DNA of 36,372 nucleotides from an uncultured bacterium (GCA_964607485.1 CAZSKP010000017.1:58743-95114), one strand, 5' to 3'; counted from the stretch's first letter, positions 8,334 to 17,801 are shown. The notes: a model not told the origin generated them from the sequence alone. Numbers and translations: made by a program.

Positions 8334-9608
8334 CTACAGTCTCATGGTCCTGAAAAACTGCTCGATTTTGTGCTCGAGCGTTTCGGCCGAAACGATTCGC
8401 GAGTCGAGAAAATCGAGATCGAACATCAGCAACGGGATGTCTTTGGCACGCGTGGCGTCGCGAACGAGATTCGCAGCTCCCCAGCAGTGCTTGCAGCCGG
8501 CGTGGGCGGCAAGCATCGCGCAGTCGCCCGAATAGTCGTCATAGCTCTTGAGGAAGTCGTTCACGTACACGGTTGCAGGCAGTCGCAGCCGCCCCATCGT
8601 CATGTTCAGACCGCGTTGCGCAAGCCCGCAGAGCATCGAATCGAGCGAGGACGTGTCGATCGGAATCTGCCGGAGATAACCCGACAGCGTATCGTCAACC
8701 ACAACCGCGCCGAACTCCTCGAGCATCCAGTCGAAAATCGTGTCGGTGAAGAGCGGGGGAACGTGGACCCAGACGACCCGTATCTTCTCGCCCGTTTCGA
8801 CGCCGGCTTCGGCCCGCTCCCGAGCGAACTCGTACACCGCCCTGCAGTAGTCGGTGCAGTGCGGACGACCAAGGTTGTTGATTATCCCGGCGTATACACT
8901 CGCCAAGATGTTCGCCGGCGTCGGGCACGGCTTCAACCTGCGAAGAGTGTTCCACTCGAGAATGTATTCCACCGCACGGTTCGACTCTTCCACGATTTCC
9001 CGCAGCCGATCGACATCGAATTTCCTGCCCGAGAACCTCTCCAGCATCGGGATCATATCGCGAATCTGGTCCGCGTAATACCCGATCGCTTCCGGCTCAT
9101 CGGAAAACGGCGCGTCCAACTTGTACATCGGAGCGTCAAACAGTTTCTCCATCAACTGATAACCCGTTCTCGAACTGTCGCACGGGGCCGACGTCGTGAT
9201 CACCAGGTCCGGCTGAGGCATCTCCTCAGACAGGATCGCACCCACCAGCGTCTTGTCAATCGAACAGATCTCCGGAGGGATGCCCGCATTCTCGGCCGCG
9301 TCGATGAACTCCGCGATGAGATCCTGACGCAGCCGGGAGTAAACGCTCGGCTGGATTTCTCCCATGAACGGGTACAGGTCGAAGGCGAGAAAGATTTCGG
9401 GAGTCAGGCAGAATTCGTACCACACTAATTTCCGTCGCCGGTTGCGCGCAACGTCGATCGCCTCCTCCAGATTGTGGTTGTACAGGTTCACGGTCTCCAG
9501 CATGAACGAGCCGGCGTCGTCGGGAGGGCTTGCCTCTAACATCGCCGCTGCCGGTTTCAAAAGACCGTTCAGAATTTCCTCCATCTTCTCCAACGGTTGC
9601 TTATCCAT
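8334..9608 (-). CDS. 2-hydroxyacyl-CoA dehydratase / benzoyl-CoA reductase family subunit (HgdA/BcrB-like)
   Basis: EICSIDK, SAPCDSS, HAGCKH Fe-S ligand motifs; adjacent to activase; ATG 9608 after GGAG. Confidence 0.88.
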   Translation of the reverse strand: MDKQPLEKMEEILNGLLKPAAAMLEASPPDDAGSFMLETVNLYNHNLEEAIDVARNRRRKLVWYEFCLTPEIFLAFDLYPFMGEIQPSVYSRLRQDLIAEFIDAAENAGIPPEICSIDKTLVGAILSEEMPQPDLVITTSAPCDSSRTGYQLMEKLFDAPMYKLDAPFSDEPEAIGYYADQIRDMIPMLERFSGRKFDVDRLREIVEESNRAVEYILEWNTLRRLKPCPTPANILASVYAGIINNLGRPHCTDYCRAVYEFARERAEAGVETGEKIRVVWVHVPPLFTDTIFDWMLEEFGAVVVDDTLSGYLRQIPIDTSSLDSMLCGLAQRGLNMTMGRLRLPATVYVNDFLKSYDDYSGDCAMLAAHAGCKHCWGAANLVRDATRAKDIPLLMFDLDFLDSRIVSAETLEHKIEQFFRTMRL

Positions 9609-9628
9609 GGGCTCTCCCAATCAAATCC

Positions 9629-10432
9629 TCAAACGGCATCACCGGCACTGAACTGCTCGCGCGCGAGCACTGCGGCTCCAATCGCGCCGACTATCTGGGG
9701 GTCCTCCGGAAGCGGTTTGATGCTCGTCTTCAGCTTCTGCTCGAGGCATCTGACGAGGCCGGCGTTCTTTGCACATCCTCCCGTGACGGCTACATCCTCA
9801 ACTACGCCGACTTTGCGAACGAGCGAGACAAGCCTCCCGGCTATGGCCAGATTGATGCCGGCTGCGATGTCGGTGACATCGACTCCGTCATTCAACAGCG
9901 TAATCACTTCCGACTCCGCGAACACGCTGCATTGACTCGTTATGACGGCGGGGGACGTCGACTCCATCGAGAGTGACGCCATTTCTTCGAGAGACAGATG
10001 GAGCACCCGGCCCATCGCCTCGAAGAAGCGTCCCGTTCCGGCCGCGCACTTGTCATTCATCACAAACTCGCGCACGCGGCCGCTCTCTGTGATGCCCATC
10101 ACTTTGCAGTCCTGGCCGCCGATATCGATCGCCGTCTTGACCGAAGGACACAGCCAGCTTGCACCGCGCGCGTGACACGTTATCTCAGAAATATTCTCAT
10201 CTGCAAACGGAATGCGAATCCGTCCGTAACCGGTTCCGACCGTGCAGTTCACCTCGTCGATTGATGAGAGTCCGGCCCGGCTGATCACGTCGTTAATCAC
10301 CACCTCCGCCGTTTTCTCCGGCTTCGGCAGGCATGGGACGATCACGGACGCGACGAGTGAATTGTTTCGCATCAGCACGGCCTTGCCGGTGGTCGAGCCG
10401 ATGTCGCAACCGGCGAAAATCGGTTCAGACAT
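9629..10432 (-). CDS. Acyl-CoA dehydratase activase (HgdC/BcrAD, ASKHA ATPase)
   Basis: GCDIGSTTGK, GTGYGR, IDIGGQD, MNDKCAAGTG, CSVFAESE. Confidence 0.95.
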   Translation of the reverse strand: MSEPIFAGCDIGSTTGKAVLMRNNSLVASVIVPCLPKPEKTAEVVINDVISRAGLSSIDEVNCTVGTGYGRIRIPFADENISEITCHARGASWLCPSVKTAIDIGGQDCKVMGITESGRVREFVMNDKCAAGTGRFFEAMGRVLHLSLEEMASLSMESTSPAVITSQCSVFAESEVITLLNDGVDVTDIAAGINLAIAGRLVSLVRKVGVVEDVAVTGGCAKNAGLVRCLEQKLKTSIKPLPEDPQIVGAIGAAVLAREQFSAGDAV

Positions 10433-10471
10433 ATTCTCCGTTCCCTCTTCCCGAAGCCGCCGTTGCGCCCA

Positions 10472-11593
10472 TCACTTTCCCATACTCTCGATGAAAGCCT
10501 GCACTCGCGTCCTCAACTGGCCGAGACCGCCCGGGGTATATTCCTTTTCCAGCAAGAGCAGCGGCAGATCCGCCTCACGCGTGCTCCACCTCAACAGCGC
10601 GCTCTCGCCCGCCCATAGATCACAAAACTTCAGTCGCGCACAGATAATCCCCTCGGCCGAGTATTCCTCGGTCATTTCCCTGATAAACGCGAATCGGCGG
10701 TCGTGATCGGCTATCATGCGGGGGCACGGCGGATGATTGATGTAGCGGTCGGCGAGCGCCTCCATCGGAGGGATCGATTCGTCGGCCTGGTTCCAGAAAT
10801 ACCGTGAACCGAAGCAGAGCGATTCAGTCACGATCAGGGCGCCCTGCTCTTCGATCACCTTCAGGAAATTTGGGTCGTCGAGCAGCCCGGCCACGAGCAT
10901 GATGCGAGCACGGTAATTGTTTCTCTTAGGGCGCGAACCGAGTTCCTCGAGCAGGGCGCGGAGCATCGTATTCAGCTCTTCCTTCGGCATTGCCGTCGCC
11001 GAAACCGTTATGCCCAGCATCTCGGCTCCCGAAAGCGGAGGATTCTCGCTCTTGCGGGTCTCGTGAATAGCCCGGAGCAGCGCGCGCGTCTCGTTGTACA
11101 ATCGAATGGATTCCAGGAGCTTTTCGTCGGATATTTCAACACCAAAATGGCTCTCCAGGTTTCTCCGAAGAGCCGTGATCTCCCGCAGGTACCAGGCCCG
11201 GGTACTATCGGCGGAAATGTGGGGGACGTTCAGAAACTGCATGAACGCCCGGGGCGCCTTCTGGTTGACAATATCGAACAGACGACGGACATGGTCGCAG
11301 CTGTTCATCGCGACCATCCCGTCGATGAAGTCAAATTTGTCCTTGAGCACCAGGTCCAGCACGTGCCGCGTGAACGTGCAATTGTAGTTGCTCAGGTAGG
11401 TGTCGCCGTCCTCGGTCTCGGTGCTACCGGTCGCTCTCACTCGTATCGGAAGGATTCCCGCCGCATGCATGATCTCCTCCGGCACGTACGAGCAGAAGTA
11501 GGCGACCACTTTGCCTCCCCCGGCACGCCACCGCTGAATGAATTCGTTCGTGAACGAAGACGAAGGCTCGATAAGTTTTTCTAATACCGCCAC
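10472..11593 (-). CDS. 2-hydroxyacyl-CoA dehydratase / benzoyl-CoA reductase family subunit (HgdB/BcrC-like)
   Basis: FCSYVPEEIMHAAG, NSCDHVRR, KFCDLW, QLRTRVQAFIE; GTG 11593 after GGAGG (ORF track start 11638). Confidence 0.9.
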   Translation of the reverse strand: MAVLEKLIEPSSSFTNEFIQRWRAGGGKVVAYFCSYVPEEIMHAAGILPIRVRATGSTETEDGDTYLSNYNCTFTRHVLDLVLKDKFDFIDGMVAMNSCDHVRRLFDIVNQKAPRAFMQFLNVPHISADSTRAWYLREITALRRNLESHFGVEISDEKLLESIRLYNETRALLRAIHETRKSENPPLSGAEMLGITVSATAMPKEELNTMLRALLEELGSRPKRNNYRARIMLVAGLLDDPNFLKVIEEQGALIVTESLCFGSRYFWNQADESIPPMEALADRYINHPPCPRMIADHDRRFAFIREMTEEYSAEGIICARLKFCDLWAGESALLRWSTREADLPLLLLEKEYTPGGLGQLRTRVQAFIESMGK

Positions 11594-11738
11594 TGTTTGA
11601 GGCACCTCCGGGAAGTCCAATGGGAGAGGGCTGCACATGGATGGAGCGGGAATTTCACGTATAGATTTTAGCAGAATGCCCGGTAGTGCGCAACCAAAAA
11701 TATGGTAGAGGGGATGCCAAGGCGGCTCCCAACTCTAA

Positions 11739-13073
11739 CTAAGGTATACCGGTAGCAGCAATATACTCGAGATATGGGACCACTCTAAAGAATGTCTGCA
11801 ATGTCTCTTTCTCAAACTCGTGGTCGTGCGTTACACAAAGATTTGATAACTTGCCAATAAATTCCTTGAAATTTTCATCCATCCTGAAATCTTCTGGAAA
11901 GGATAGTCCTCGTATATAGATTATTTCATCTTCATTAAGCTCAAGATTCGCTGCACGGATGTCACGGGTTTCGAAAGACTCCAGGGCAAGAAGTCGGATA
12001 AAGCTACGAAAGAGGCTCAAGTTATTCCTTGCCCATAGGAACAACTCGGGCCAACCTTCATAGATACAAATCCATATTGCGGCTCCCTTTGTGTTATACC
12101 ATCCCTGAACACCTGAAGGCGTAAACCCCAGTTCTTTTTCTTCCTTTCTCACACGTGCGCAGTAGAGATCAAACCTCATTAACGCTCGATTCATCCGTCG
12201 AGGCACTCCCAGCTTTCTTGACTGAAAAAATAGTGTAAGAAGCCATTTCAATTCATCCTCAGAAACGTATTCCGGTCTGGCAATCTTTCTTTCGACATAC
12301 TCTTGGATACAAGCAATTTCCGGCGTTGGGATGTGATATGTGAAAGAAAAAATCTTTTCCAGATATTGGTATGGCCCAAATTCTGCACCGTGGTATTTTT
12401 GCTTTATGAAGGCAGAAATCGCCACAGGGTCGGCCGCAAAGATCCAAATGCAACCGGGGATATTCAGAAAGGTCTTGACTTGGTCAAGCAACTTAATAGC
12501 ATTATCAGGATTGCACCTGTCCAGATTATCAATGAAAAAGAACGCCAACTTATTCTCACTTTTACCCCTCTTGGGTCTACTTCCGAATAGCATTTTCGTC
12601 AACACTTCTTTCTCTTTTTCGTATGAAAGGTCATCCAGCATTCTTTTCTTCTTGGCATCATCGAATGTTTCCTGCATTGTCTTCGTATCTGGTAACTTGC
12701 TCCAATTTAGCGCTGTGTCCGCAAGTAATCGTACCGCAGACTCTGCGGCTGCCTCTACTTTCTGTACCGCAGTTTCGTCATTTCCTCGGACACATCTTGC
12801 AAGCGGAGCAAGAATGTTCTCAGACTGTTCATGTTCCCATGCATCGAAATGAACAAAGTTTTTCTGGCTCTTGAGTGAAAGAAAATGCTTCATCAAATTC
12901 AGAAATCCAGATTTGCCACTTCCCCAATCACCTAGAATGGCGACACTTAAACTCTCGTTCCCACCAACACCGATTGCTTCAAGCAATATGTCAACTAGAT
13001 TCTCAGCGTCCTCACTGTGAAACATAAAATCTTGGTTCGGATGCTCAATAGGAATGTCAGGTATGAATTGCAT
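11739..13073 (-). CDS. KAP family P-loop NTPase
   Basis: Walker A GDWGSGKS, FDAWEH, Walker B FFIDNLDRC, YLEKIF; markedly AT-rich compared with neighbours; ATG 13073 (or TTG 13100). Confidence 0.88.
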   Translation of the reverse strand: MQFIPDIPIEHPNQDFMFHSEDAENLVDILLEAIGVGGNESLSVAILGDWGSGKSGFLNLMKHFLSLKSQKNFVHFDAWEHEQSENILAPLARCVRGNDETAVQKVEAAAESAVRLLADTALNWSKLPDTKTMQETFDDAKKKRMLDDLSYEKEKEVLTKMLFGSRPKRGKSENKLAFFFIDNLDRCNPDNAIKLLDQVKTFLNIPGCIWIFAADPVAISAFIKQKYHGAEFGPYQYLEKIFSFTYHIPTPEIACIQEYVERKIARPEYVSEDELKWLLTLFFQSRKLGVPRRMNRALMRFDLYCARVRKEEKELGFTPSGVQGWYNTKGAAIWICIYEGWPELFLWARNNLSLFRSFIRLLALESFETRDIRAANLELNEDEIIYIRGLSFPEDFRMDENFKEFIGKLSNLCVTHDHEFEKETLQTFFRVVPYLEYIAATGIP

Positions 13074-13149
13074 TTTCACTTGCCCCCATAAAATTTCCAA
13101 AATTTGGCATATTCATGGAATACCCTTCTGGATATTTTTAGATGAAATA

Positions 13150-13178
13150 ATATTACCGTGGCGAATCAGGCAAGTCAA
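13150..13178 (-). promoter_or_regulatory. Sigma70 promoter of KAP NTPase
   Basis: TTGACT-17-TAATAT. Confidence 0.55.
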
Positions 13179-13230
13179 GCCATTTCAGCTTTTTTGCGCT
13201 GCGATGTGATTCTTCCGGCCCTTCACCGAC

Positions 13231-14766
13231 TTAGGTGTTGGCGTAGGTCTTCTTCAGCTCGGTCTTGACGACTTTGCCGGCGGCGTTGCGGGGGAGCGCA
13301 TCGACGAAGAAGATGCGTTCGGGCTTCTTGCAGCTGGCCATTCGCTGACGGCAGTATTCGATCAACTCTTCGGCGGTCGCCTGCCCGGACGGCCTGAGGA
13401 CGACGGCGGCTCCGACGATCTCGCCCCATTTTTCGTCCGGGATGCCGAACACGGCGGCATCGGCCACGGCGGGGTGCGACGCAAGCACGTTCTCGACCTC
13501 AATCGGCGCGATGTTTTCGCCGCCCCGGATGACGATGTCCTTCTTCCGTCCCGAGATGAACAGGAACCCTTCCTCGTCGAGGTAGCCGATGTCGCCGGTG
13601 TGGAACCAGCCGTCGCGGATGCACTTCGCGGTGTCCTCGTTTCTCCGCCAGTACCCCTGCATGACGCTGGCGCCCCGGATGATGATCTCGCCCGGCTGGC
13701 CCGACGGCAGGCGCTCTCCGTCGGCGTCGATGATTGCAATCTCGAGGCCGGGCAACGCGCGGCCGACCGATTCGAGCGGGTCGCGTCTGCCGGGCGGCGG
13801 GTCGAGCGAATGTTCCTGCGGCCCGAGCCAGGTGACGCCCGCCTCGGTCAGGCCGTAGCCCTGCGTGAACATGCAGGGTAGTGTGCGCATGGCCTTGCGG
13901 ATGAGCTGGGGCGAGATGGGCGAGCCCCCGTAGGCGATGATGCGGAGGCTGTCGAGGTTGTAGTTCTTGAGGTCGGGGTGCTCGATTATCCGCTCGAGCA
14001 TCGTCGGCACGACGACGGCCATCATCACGCCCTCGGCCTCGATGGTGCGGAGGAAATCGTCAACGCTGAACTGCGGCATGATGACCAGCGTGCCTCCCGT
14101 GGCGGCCGTCTTTATCATTACCTGCACGCCCGTGACGTGAAACACGGGAACGGCCAGCAGGACGATCTTTTCCAACGAGTCGTCGTCGAACGGTGTTGTG
14201 CGCCCCTCGCAGCGCTGTATCAGGTTGGCGTGAGAGTGCATGACCCCTTTGTGCGCGCCCGTCGTGCCGCTCGTGTACATGAGGAGAGCGGTCGCGTCGT
14301 CCGGCACGTCGGCTTGGGGCGCGGAATCGTCGGCGCCGACCATGAAGTCGTGCAGCGAGGCCTGTTCGCCCGGCAGGGCATCGATGACGAGCGTGAGCTT
14401 TGTCGTCTTGATGTTCTTCGTTACCGCTGTCACCTGCTCGGCGTACCTTTTTCCCACGAGCACGATTTTCGGTTCGCAGTCGGTCAACACGTGGGAAAGC
14501 TCTCCGGCCTTGAGGCGGCAGTTCAGCGGAGAATAAATCGCGCCCAGCTTCGCCGCGGCGAACAGCGAGAAGAGGTGTTCGGGACAATTGGTGTGAAACA
14601 CGGCGATGCGGTCGCCCCGGCCGACTCCTATCGAGGCGAAGGCGTTGGCGAACCTGTTCACGATGCTCTCGTATTCGGCGTACGTCCAGCGTTCTCCCTT
14701 AAAGATGATTGCGCATCTGTCGGGATATTTGGAGGCCATACGGCTGAGGTATCGTGCGATTGTCAT
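13231..14766 (-). CDS. Long-chain acyl-CoA synthetase (AMP-binding enzyme)
   Basis: YTSGTTGAHKG, QGYGLTE, WFHTGDIG, GRKKDIVIRGGENI, LPRNAAGK; ATG 14766 after GAGGAG. Confidence 0.94.
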   Translation of the reverse strand: MTIARYLSRMASKYPDRCAIIFKGERWTYAEYESIVNRFANAFASIGVGRGDRIAVFHTNCPEHLFSLFAAAKLGAIYSPLNCRLKAGELSHVLTDCEPKIVLVGKRYAEQVTAVTKNIKTTKLTLVIDALPGEQASLHDFMVGADDSAPQADVPDDATALLMYTSGTTGAHKGVMHSHANLIQRCEGRTTPFDDDSLEKIVLLAVPVFHVTGVQVMIKTAATGGTLVIMPQFSVDDFLRTIEAEGVMMAVVVPTMLERIIEHPDLKNYNLDSLRIIAYGGSPISPQLIRKAMRTLPCMFTQGYGLTEAGVTWLGPQEHSLDPPPGRRDPLESVGRALPGLEIAIIDADGERLPSGQPGEIIIRGASVMQGYWRRNEDTAKCIRDGWFHTGDIGYLDEEGFLFISGRKKDIVIRGGENIAPIEVENVLASHPAVADAAVFGIPDEKWGEIVGAAVVLRPSGQATAEELIEYCRQRMASCKKPERIFFVDALPRNAAGKVVKTELKKTYANT

Positions 14767-14919
14767 GCGCTGCTCCTCTCCAAGCTGGGATGAGACGGGC
14801 TCAGGGCTTTGGCGCTTCGGGATATCGTCGCGGAGCATTATACCAATTTGGCTGCGAACGTGGAAGTCGGCGCAAAAGAAAACTCAGTCGGCGCCCTAAA
14901 ACTCAAGGAGGGTACGCGC

Positions 14920-15357
14920 TCAGCGATGCTTTCGGTTCGGCCAGATTTCGATGCGCATAATCCTGCAGAACGCGTCGAGGAAGGCCGTCAGAGACGCCGT
15001 TACTCTCGACCACAGCCGCTTCGGCATGCTGCGCGGGGGAGTGCGAAAGCCGGCGAGGACTTTCTCTCTGCATCGTGAGCAGAGGAATCCGAGAGGGGAC
15101 TTCGGAAGGTTTTCGACCACCAGCGCGGCTTCCGGCGATACGCGCCTGTCGCATGTCGAACACTTAAGCGTGCGGCTGCACGCAGCGCACACGTGAAAAT
15201 TCATTCGTGAAAACGTCGAGAGCACAATCGGGCGTCGTGAAAAATAGATTTTTCCACAGACGCAGCAGCTCAACAGCTCCTCGCAGAAGGCGGCGCCTGT
15301 GTGTTCCTGATTATAGCTTTTGTCTCCGTTCGCCGGGGTATGATTTTCCGCGCTCAT
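14920..15357 (-). CDS. Hypothetical protein with four CxxC motifs
   Basis: CCVC, CAAC, CSTC, CSRC; starts 30 nt after the BCAM0308-like gene on the same strand. Confidence 0.6.
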   Translation of the reverse strand: MSAENHTPANGDKSYNQEHTGAAFCEELLSCCVCGKIYFSRRPIVLSTFSRMNFHVCAACSRTLKCSTCDRRVSPEAALVVENLPKSPLGFLCSRCREKVLAGFRTPPRSMPKRLWSRVTASLTAFLDAFCRIMRIEIWPNRKHR

Positions 15358-15387
15358 GACTCTTGCTTCACTTTCCGACCGTGCTCA

Positions 15388-15831
15388 TCACGGGCACTGA
15401 ATCCATTTTACGGCCACGGTTCCCTCGCTCTGCTTGTTTCGGGGCCTGTGACCGGGGGTGTCTTTGAAAATCTCGATCCTTCCTTTGAACGCTTTCTTGC
15501 ATTGCTTTGCAATATGAATTGCCAGAGGCGAATTTGCCGTTCGAATGGTCATTTTGCGGCCGTCGTGCCGGATGTCCAATATGCGCGACGAATGATCGCG
15601 AGCCTGCTTGTTCTCCTCCTCTCTGCGGATCATCTTCAGGATTTCGCCCGACCGGGAGGCGACCACCTCGCCATCAAGATAAACAGTCCCGAACACAATT
15701 TTGTCACGAACTCGCCTGCACGCGGGGCATATCGTCCGATCGAGCCTCTTGAGCTCCTGCCGGCGAATCGGCGCCGCGCCGTTCCATTTCTTCCCGTCGA
15801 ATACAGCATAACATTTCGGACACACTTTCAT
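15388..15831 (-). CDS. BCAM0308-family (NMD3-related Zn-binding) protein
   Basis: CPKC..AV...KW...CPACRR..D....G.V.L.G pattern; GGAGGT RBS. Confidence 0.75.
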   Translation of the reverse strand: MKVCPKCYAVFDGKKWNGAAPIRRQELKRLDRTICPACRRVRDKIVFGTVYLDGEVVASRSGEILKMIRREEENKQARDHSSRILDIRHDGRKMTIRTANSPLAIHIAKQCKKAFKGRIEIFKDTPGHRPRNKQSEGTVAVKWIQCP

Positions 15832-15903
15832 CAAGGCTCACCTCCGAAAGTCAACCTCCGGGGACACGCGCCCCCCATAGGGTGTCGGACCAGGGGGTGT
15901 TTT

Positions 15904-16137
15904 TCAGCCGGTGACGATGTTCGTAGAAGTGCGGAGTACCCCATTGGTGGCTTGGATCTTTTCCACCACAAACCTTCCCAACTCGTTAATGTCGGGTGAT
16001 TGAATGAACGCGATCACGTCCACTGGGCCGGTGACGGCATCGCAGGCATTGACCCCGTCCAGTTCTGAGAGTTTCTTACTCACCTCAAGGGCTTTGCCCT
16101 GGGTGCATTCGATGAAAACGTACGCGGAGATAGCCAT
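15904..16137 (-). CDS. Stand-alone Lrp/AsnC ligand-binding domain protein
   Basis: 77 aa, AYVFIE...VTGPVDVIA...GVLRTST; AGGAGGAG RBS. Confidence 0.88.
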   Translation of the reverse strand: MAISAYVFIECTQGKALEVSKKLSELDGVNACDAVTGPVDVIAFIQSPDINELGRFVVEKIQATNGVLRTSTNIVTG

Positions 16138-16300
16138 TGCGGCGCTCCTCCTTTCACCTCCCATACCCTCCGCTTTAGCCAGGTCTATCGAGGCGTCCGG
16201 CGATGCAACGCACTAATATTATATCCGCACATTTGAGTTTTGGAAAGGGGGGACGAAGGAGAATTCCTCCCTTTCTTTCTCTCCTTTGGGAATTCTCCGT

Positions 16301-17251
16301 TTACATCCCGGAAGGGTGCGAAAGCTCTTTCTGTTCCGGGCTGAAATTGACGTGTGAAATCTGGAACTTCGTGAGGAGCGGCCCGTTCAAGCGTTGAAAA
16401 ACCTCGGCACACTCGCTGACCCGGCAATCGTCCCGAAACACGAGGTGCGCGGTCATCGAGTACATCTGCGAGGTTATCTCCCATATGTGCACGTCGTGCA
16501 CGTCGATGACCTCGGGCGCTTCCTGTCGAATAGCGCTGATGACCTCGTCCACGTCGATGTGTTTCGGGGCCGTCTCGAGGAGTATGTTGACCGACTCCCT
16601 CAGAAGATTCCAGCTCCACACGAGGATCACTCCGGCGATGAGCATGCTCAGAAGGGGGTCGATGACATACCACCCCGTGAGATAAATAACAATCGAGCCC
16701 GCCACTATGCCGACAGACGAAGCGGTGTCGCCGAGCATATGCAGAAAGGCGCTGCGTACGTTCAGGTCGGTCTTGCCCACGTCGAGCAGGATGATTGCGC
16801 AGGCCAGGTTCACCCCCAGCCCTACCACCGCCACAACGAACATCGTCAGTTCCTTGATTGGGGTGGGATGCAGGAGGCGGCCGGCGGCTTCGTAGAAGAT
16901 GTAACCGACTATGAACAGGAGGGTTACGCCGTTGAACAGCGCGGCCAAGACCTCGACGCGGTACAGACCGAAGCTGCGGCTGGGGCGGGTGGGAAGCGCC
17001 GCAAGCCTGATGGCGACAAGGCTGACCAGCAGGGCAAAAAAATGGGTGAGCATATGACCGGCGTCGCTCAGAAGCGCCAGGCTGCCGGTGAAAAGTCCGC
17101 CGACCACCTCGACAACCATCGTGACGCCCGTCAGGCTCATCGTCACCGTCAGGCGTTTTCGTTCGACGGCCCGGTGCAGATGGCGGTGGTCAACCTCTCC
17201 GTGCTCGTGAAAATGCGGGAGCGTAGACAGGGGTCGATGAAAATGTATCAT
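16301..17251 (-). CDS. Cation diffusion facilitator (CDF) metal exporter
   Basis: GSLALLSDAGHMLTH, SFGLYRVEVLAAL, FLHMLGD, VHDVHIW; His-rich N-terminus. Confidence 0.93.
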   Translation of the reverse strand: MIHFHRPLSTLPHFHEHGEVDHRHLHRAVERKRLTVTMSLTGVTMVVEVVGGLFTGSLALLSDAGHMLTHFFALLVSLVAIRLAALPTRPSRSFGLYRVEVLAALFNGVTLLFIVGYIFYEAAGRLLHPTPIKELTMFVVAVVGLGVNLACAIILLDVGKTDLNVRSAFLHMLGDTASSVGIVAGSIVIYLTGWYVIDPLLSMLIAGVILVWSWNLLRESVNILLETAPKHIDVDEVISAIRQEAPEVIDVHDVHIWEITSQMYSMTAHLVFRDDCRVSECAEVFQRLNGPLLTKFQISHVNFSPEQKELSHPSGM

Positions 17252-17269
17252 TCGACATAGACCGGACGA

Positions 17270-17572
17270 CTATTTAGACGACTCCTCTATTCCGGTAATC
17301 GGCTTGCCGTCGGTGAAGAGATAATCTTTCATCTCCTTGGCGAATTCGGCGTCGTTACGCCTGATCCATTCCATCAGCATGGCGGCGTGCTCTTTTTCCT
17401 CGTCCCGGTTGTGCCGCAGGATCTCCTTCAGCTCCTTGTTTCCGGTCGCGTCGATGCGCTGCTGATACCAGTCCATGGCCTCGATTTCCTCTTTGAGCGA
17501 CATCCATGCCCGATGCAGATCGAGGGTGGTCTTCGACAATTTATCGAACGATTCGTGATATGCGCCCGCCAT
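17270..17572 (-). CDS. Encapsulated-ferritin (EncFtn)-type ferritin-like protein
   Basis: YHE...HRA..SLKEEIEAMDWYQQR...HNRDEEKEHAAMLMEWIRRND; AGGAGG RBS; 100 aa. Confidence 0.9.
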   Translation of the reverse strand: MAGAYHESFDKLSKTTLDLHRAWMSLKEEIEAMDWYQQRIDATGNKELKEILRHNRDEEKEHAAMLMEWIRRNDAEFAKEMKDYLFTDGKPITGIEESSK

Positions 17573-17801
17573 TATTGTCCTCCTTCTGTTGAGGAATCTT
17601 TGCCGGTTGCATTGAACGCCCCAGTCCAAGCCAATCATAACACGCTCCTCAACGGAGGCGCAAGGCGGGGGCGAACGCCGCTGCCGGCGCGGCTTTCGGG
17701 GGGATCACAATGGGCTGAGGGGTTTTGCGTGGCCGCTCCCTTATCAAGAGAAGACTCTCCTCCGGAGGAACGACTGAACATCGAGGCCGATGTTTTCGCG
17801 G

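Noticed and set aside
16258..16298. 10-bp inverted repeat GGAGAATTCC/GGAATTCTCC after the CDF gene
   Set aside because: 21-nt loop and no clear U-tract; may be a weak terminator but is not supportable as a feature
17740..17775. TTATCAAGAGAAGAC resembling the start of a SAM-I riboswitch
   Set aside because: Lacks the GAGGGA kink-turn, GCAACC and GGTGC motifs, and is on the wrong strand for the neighbouring genes
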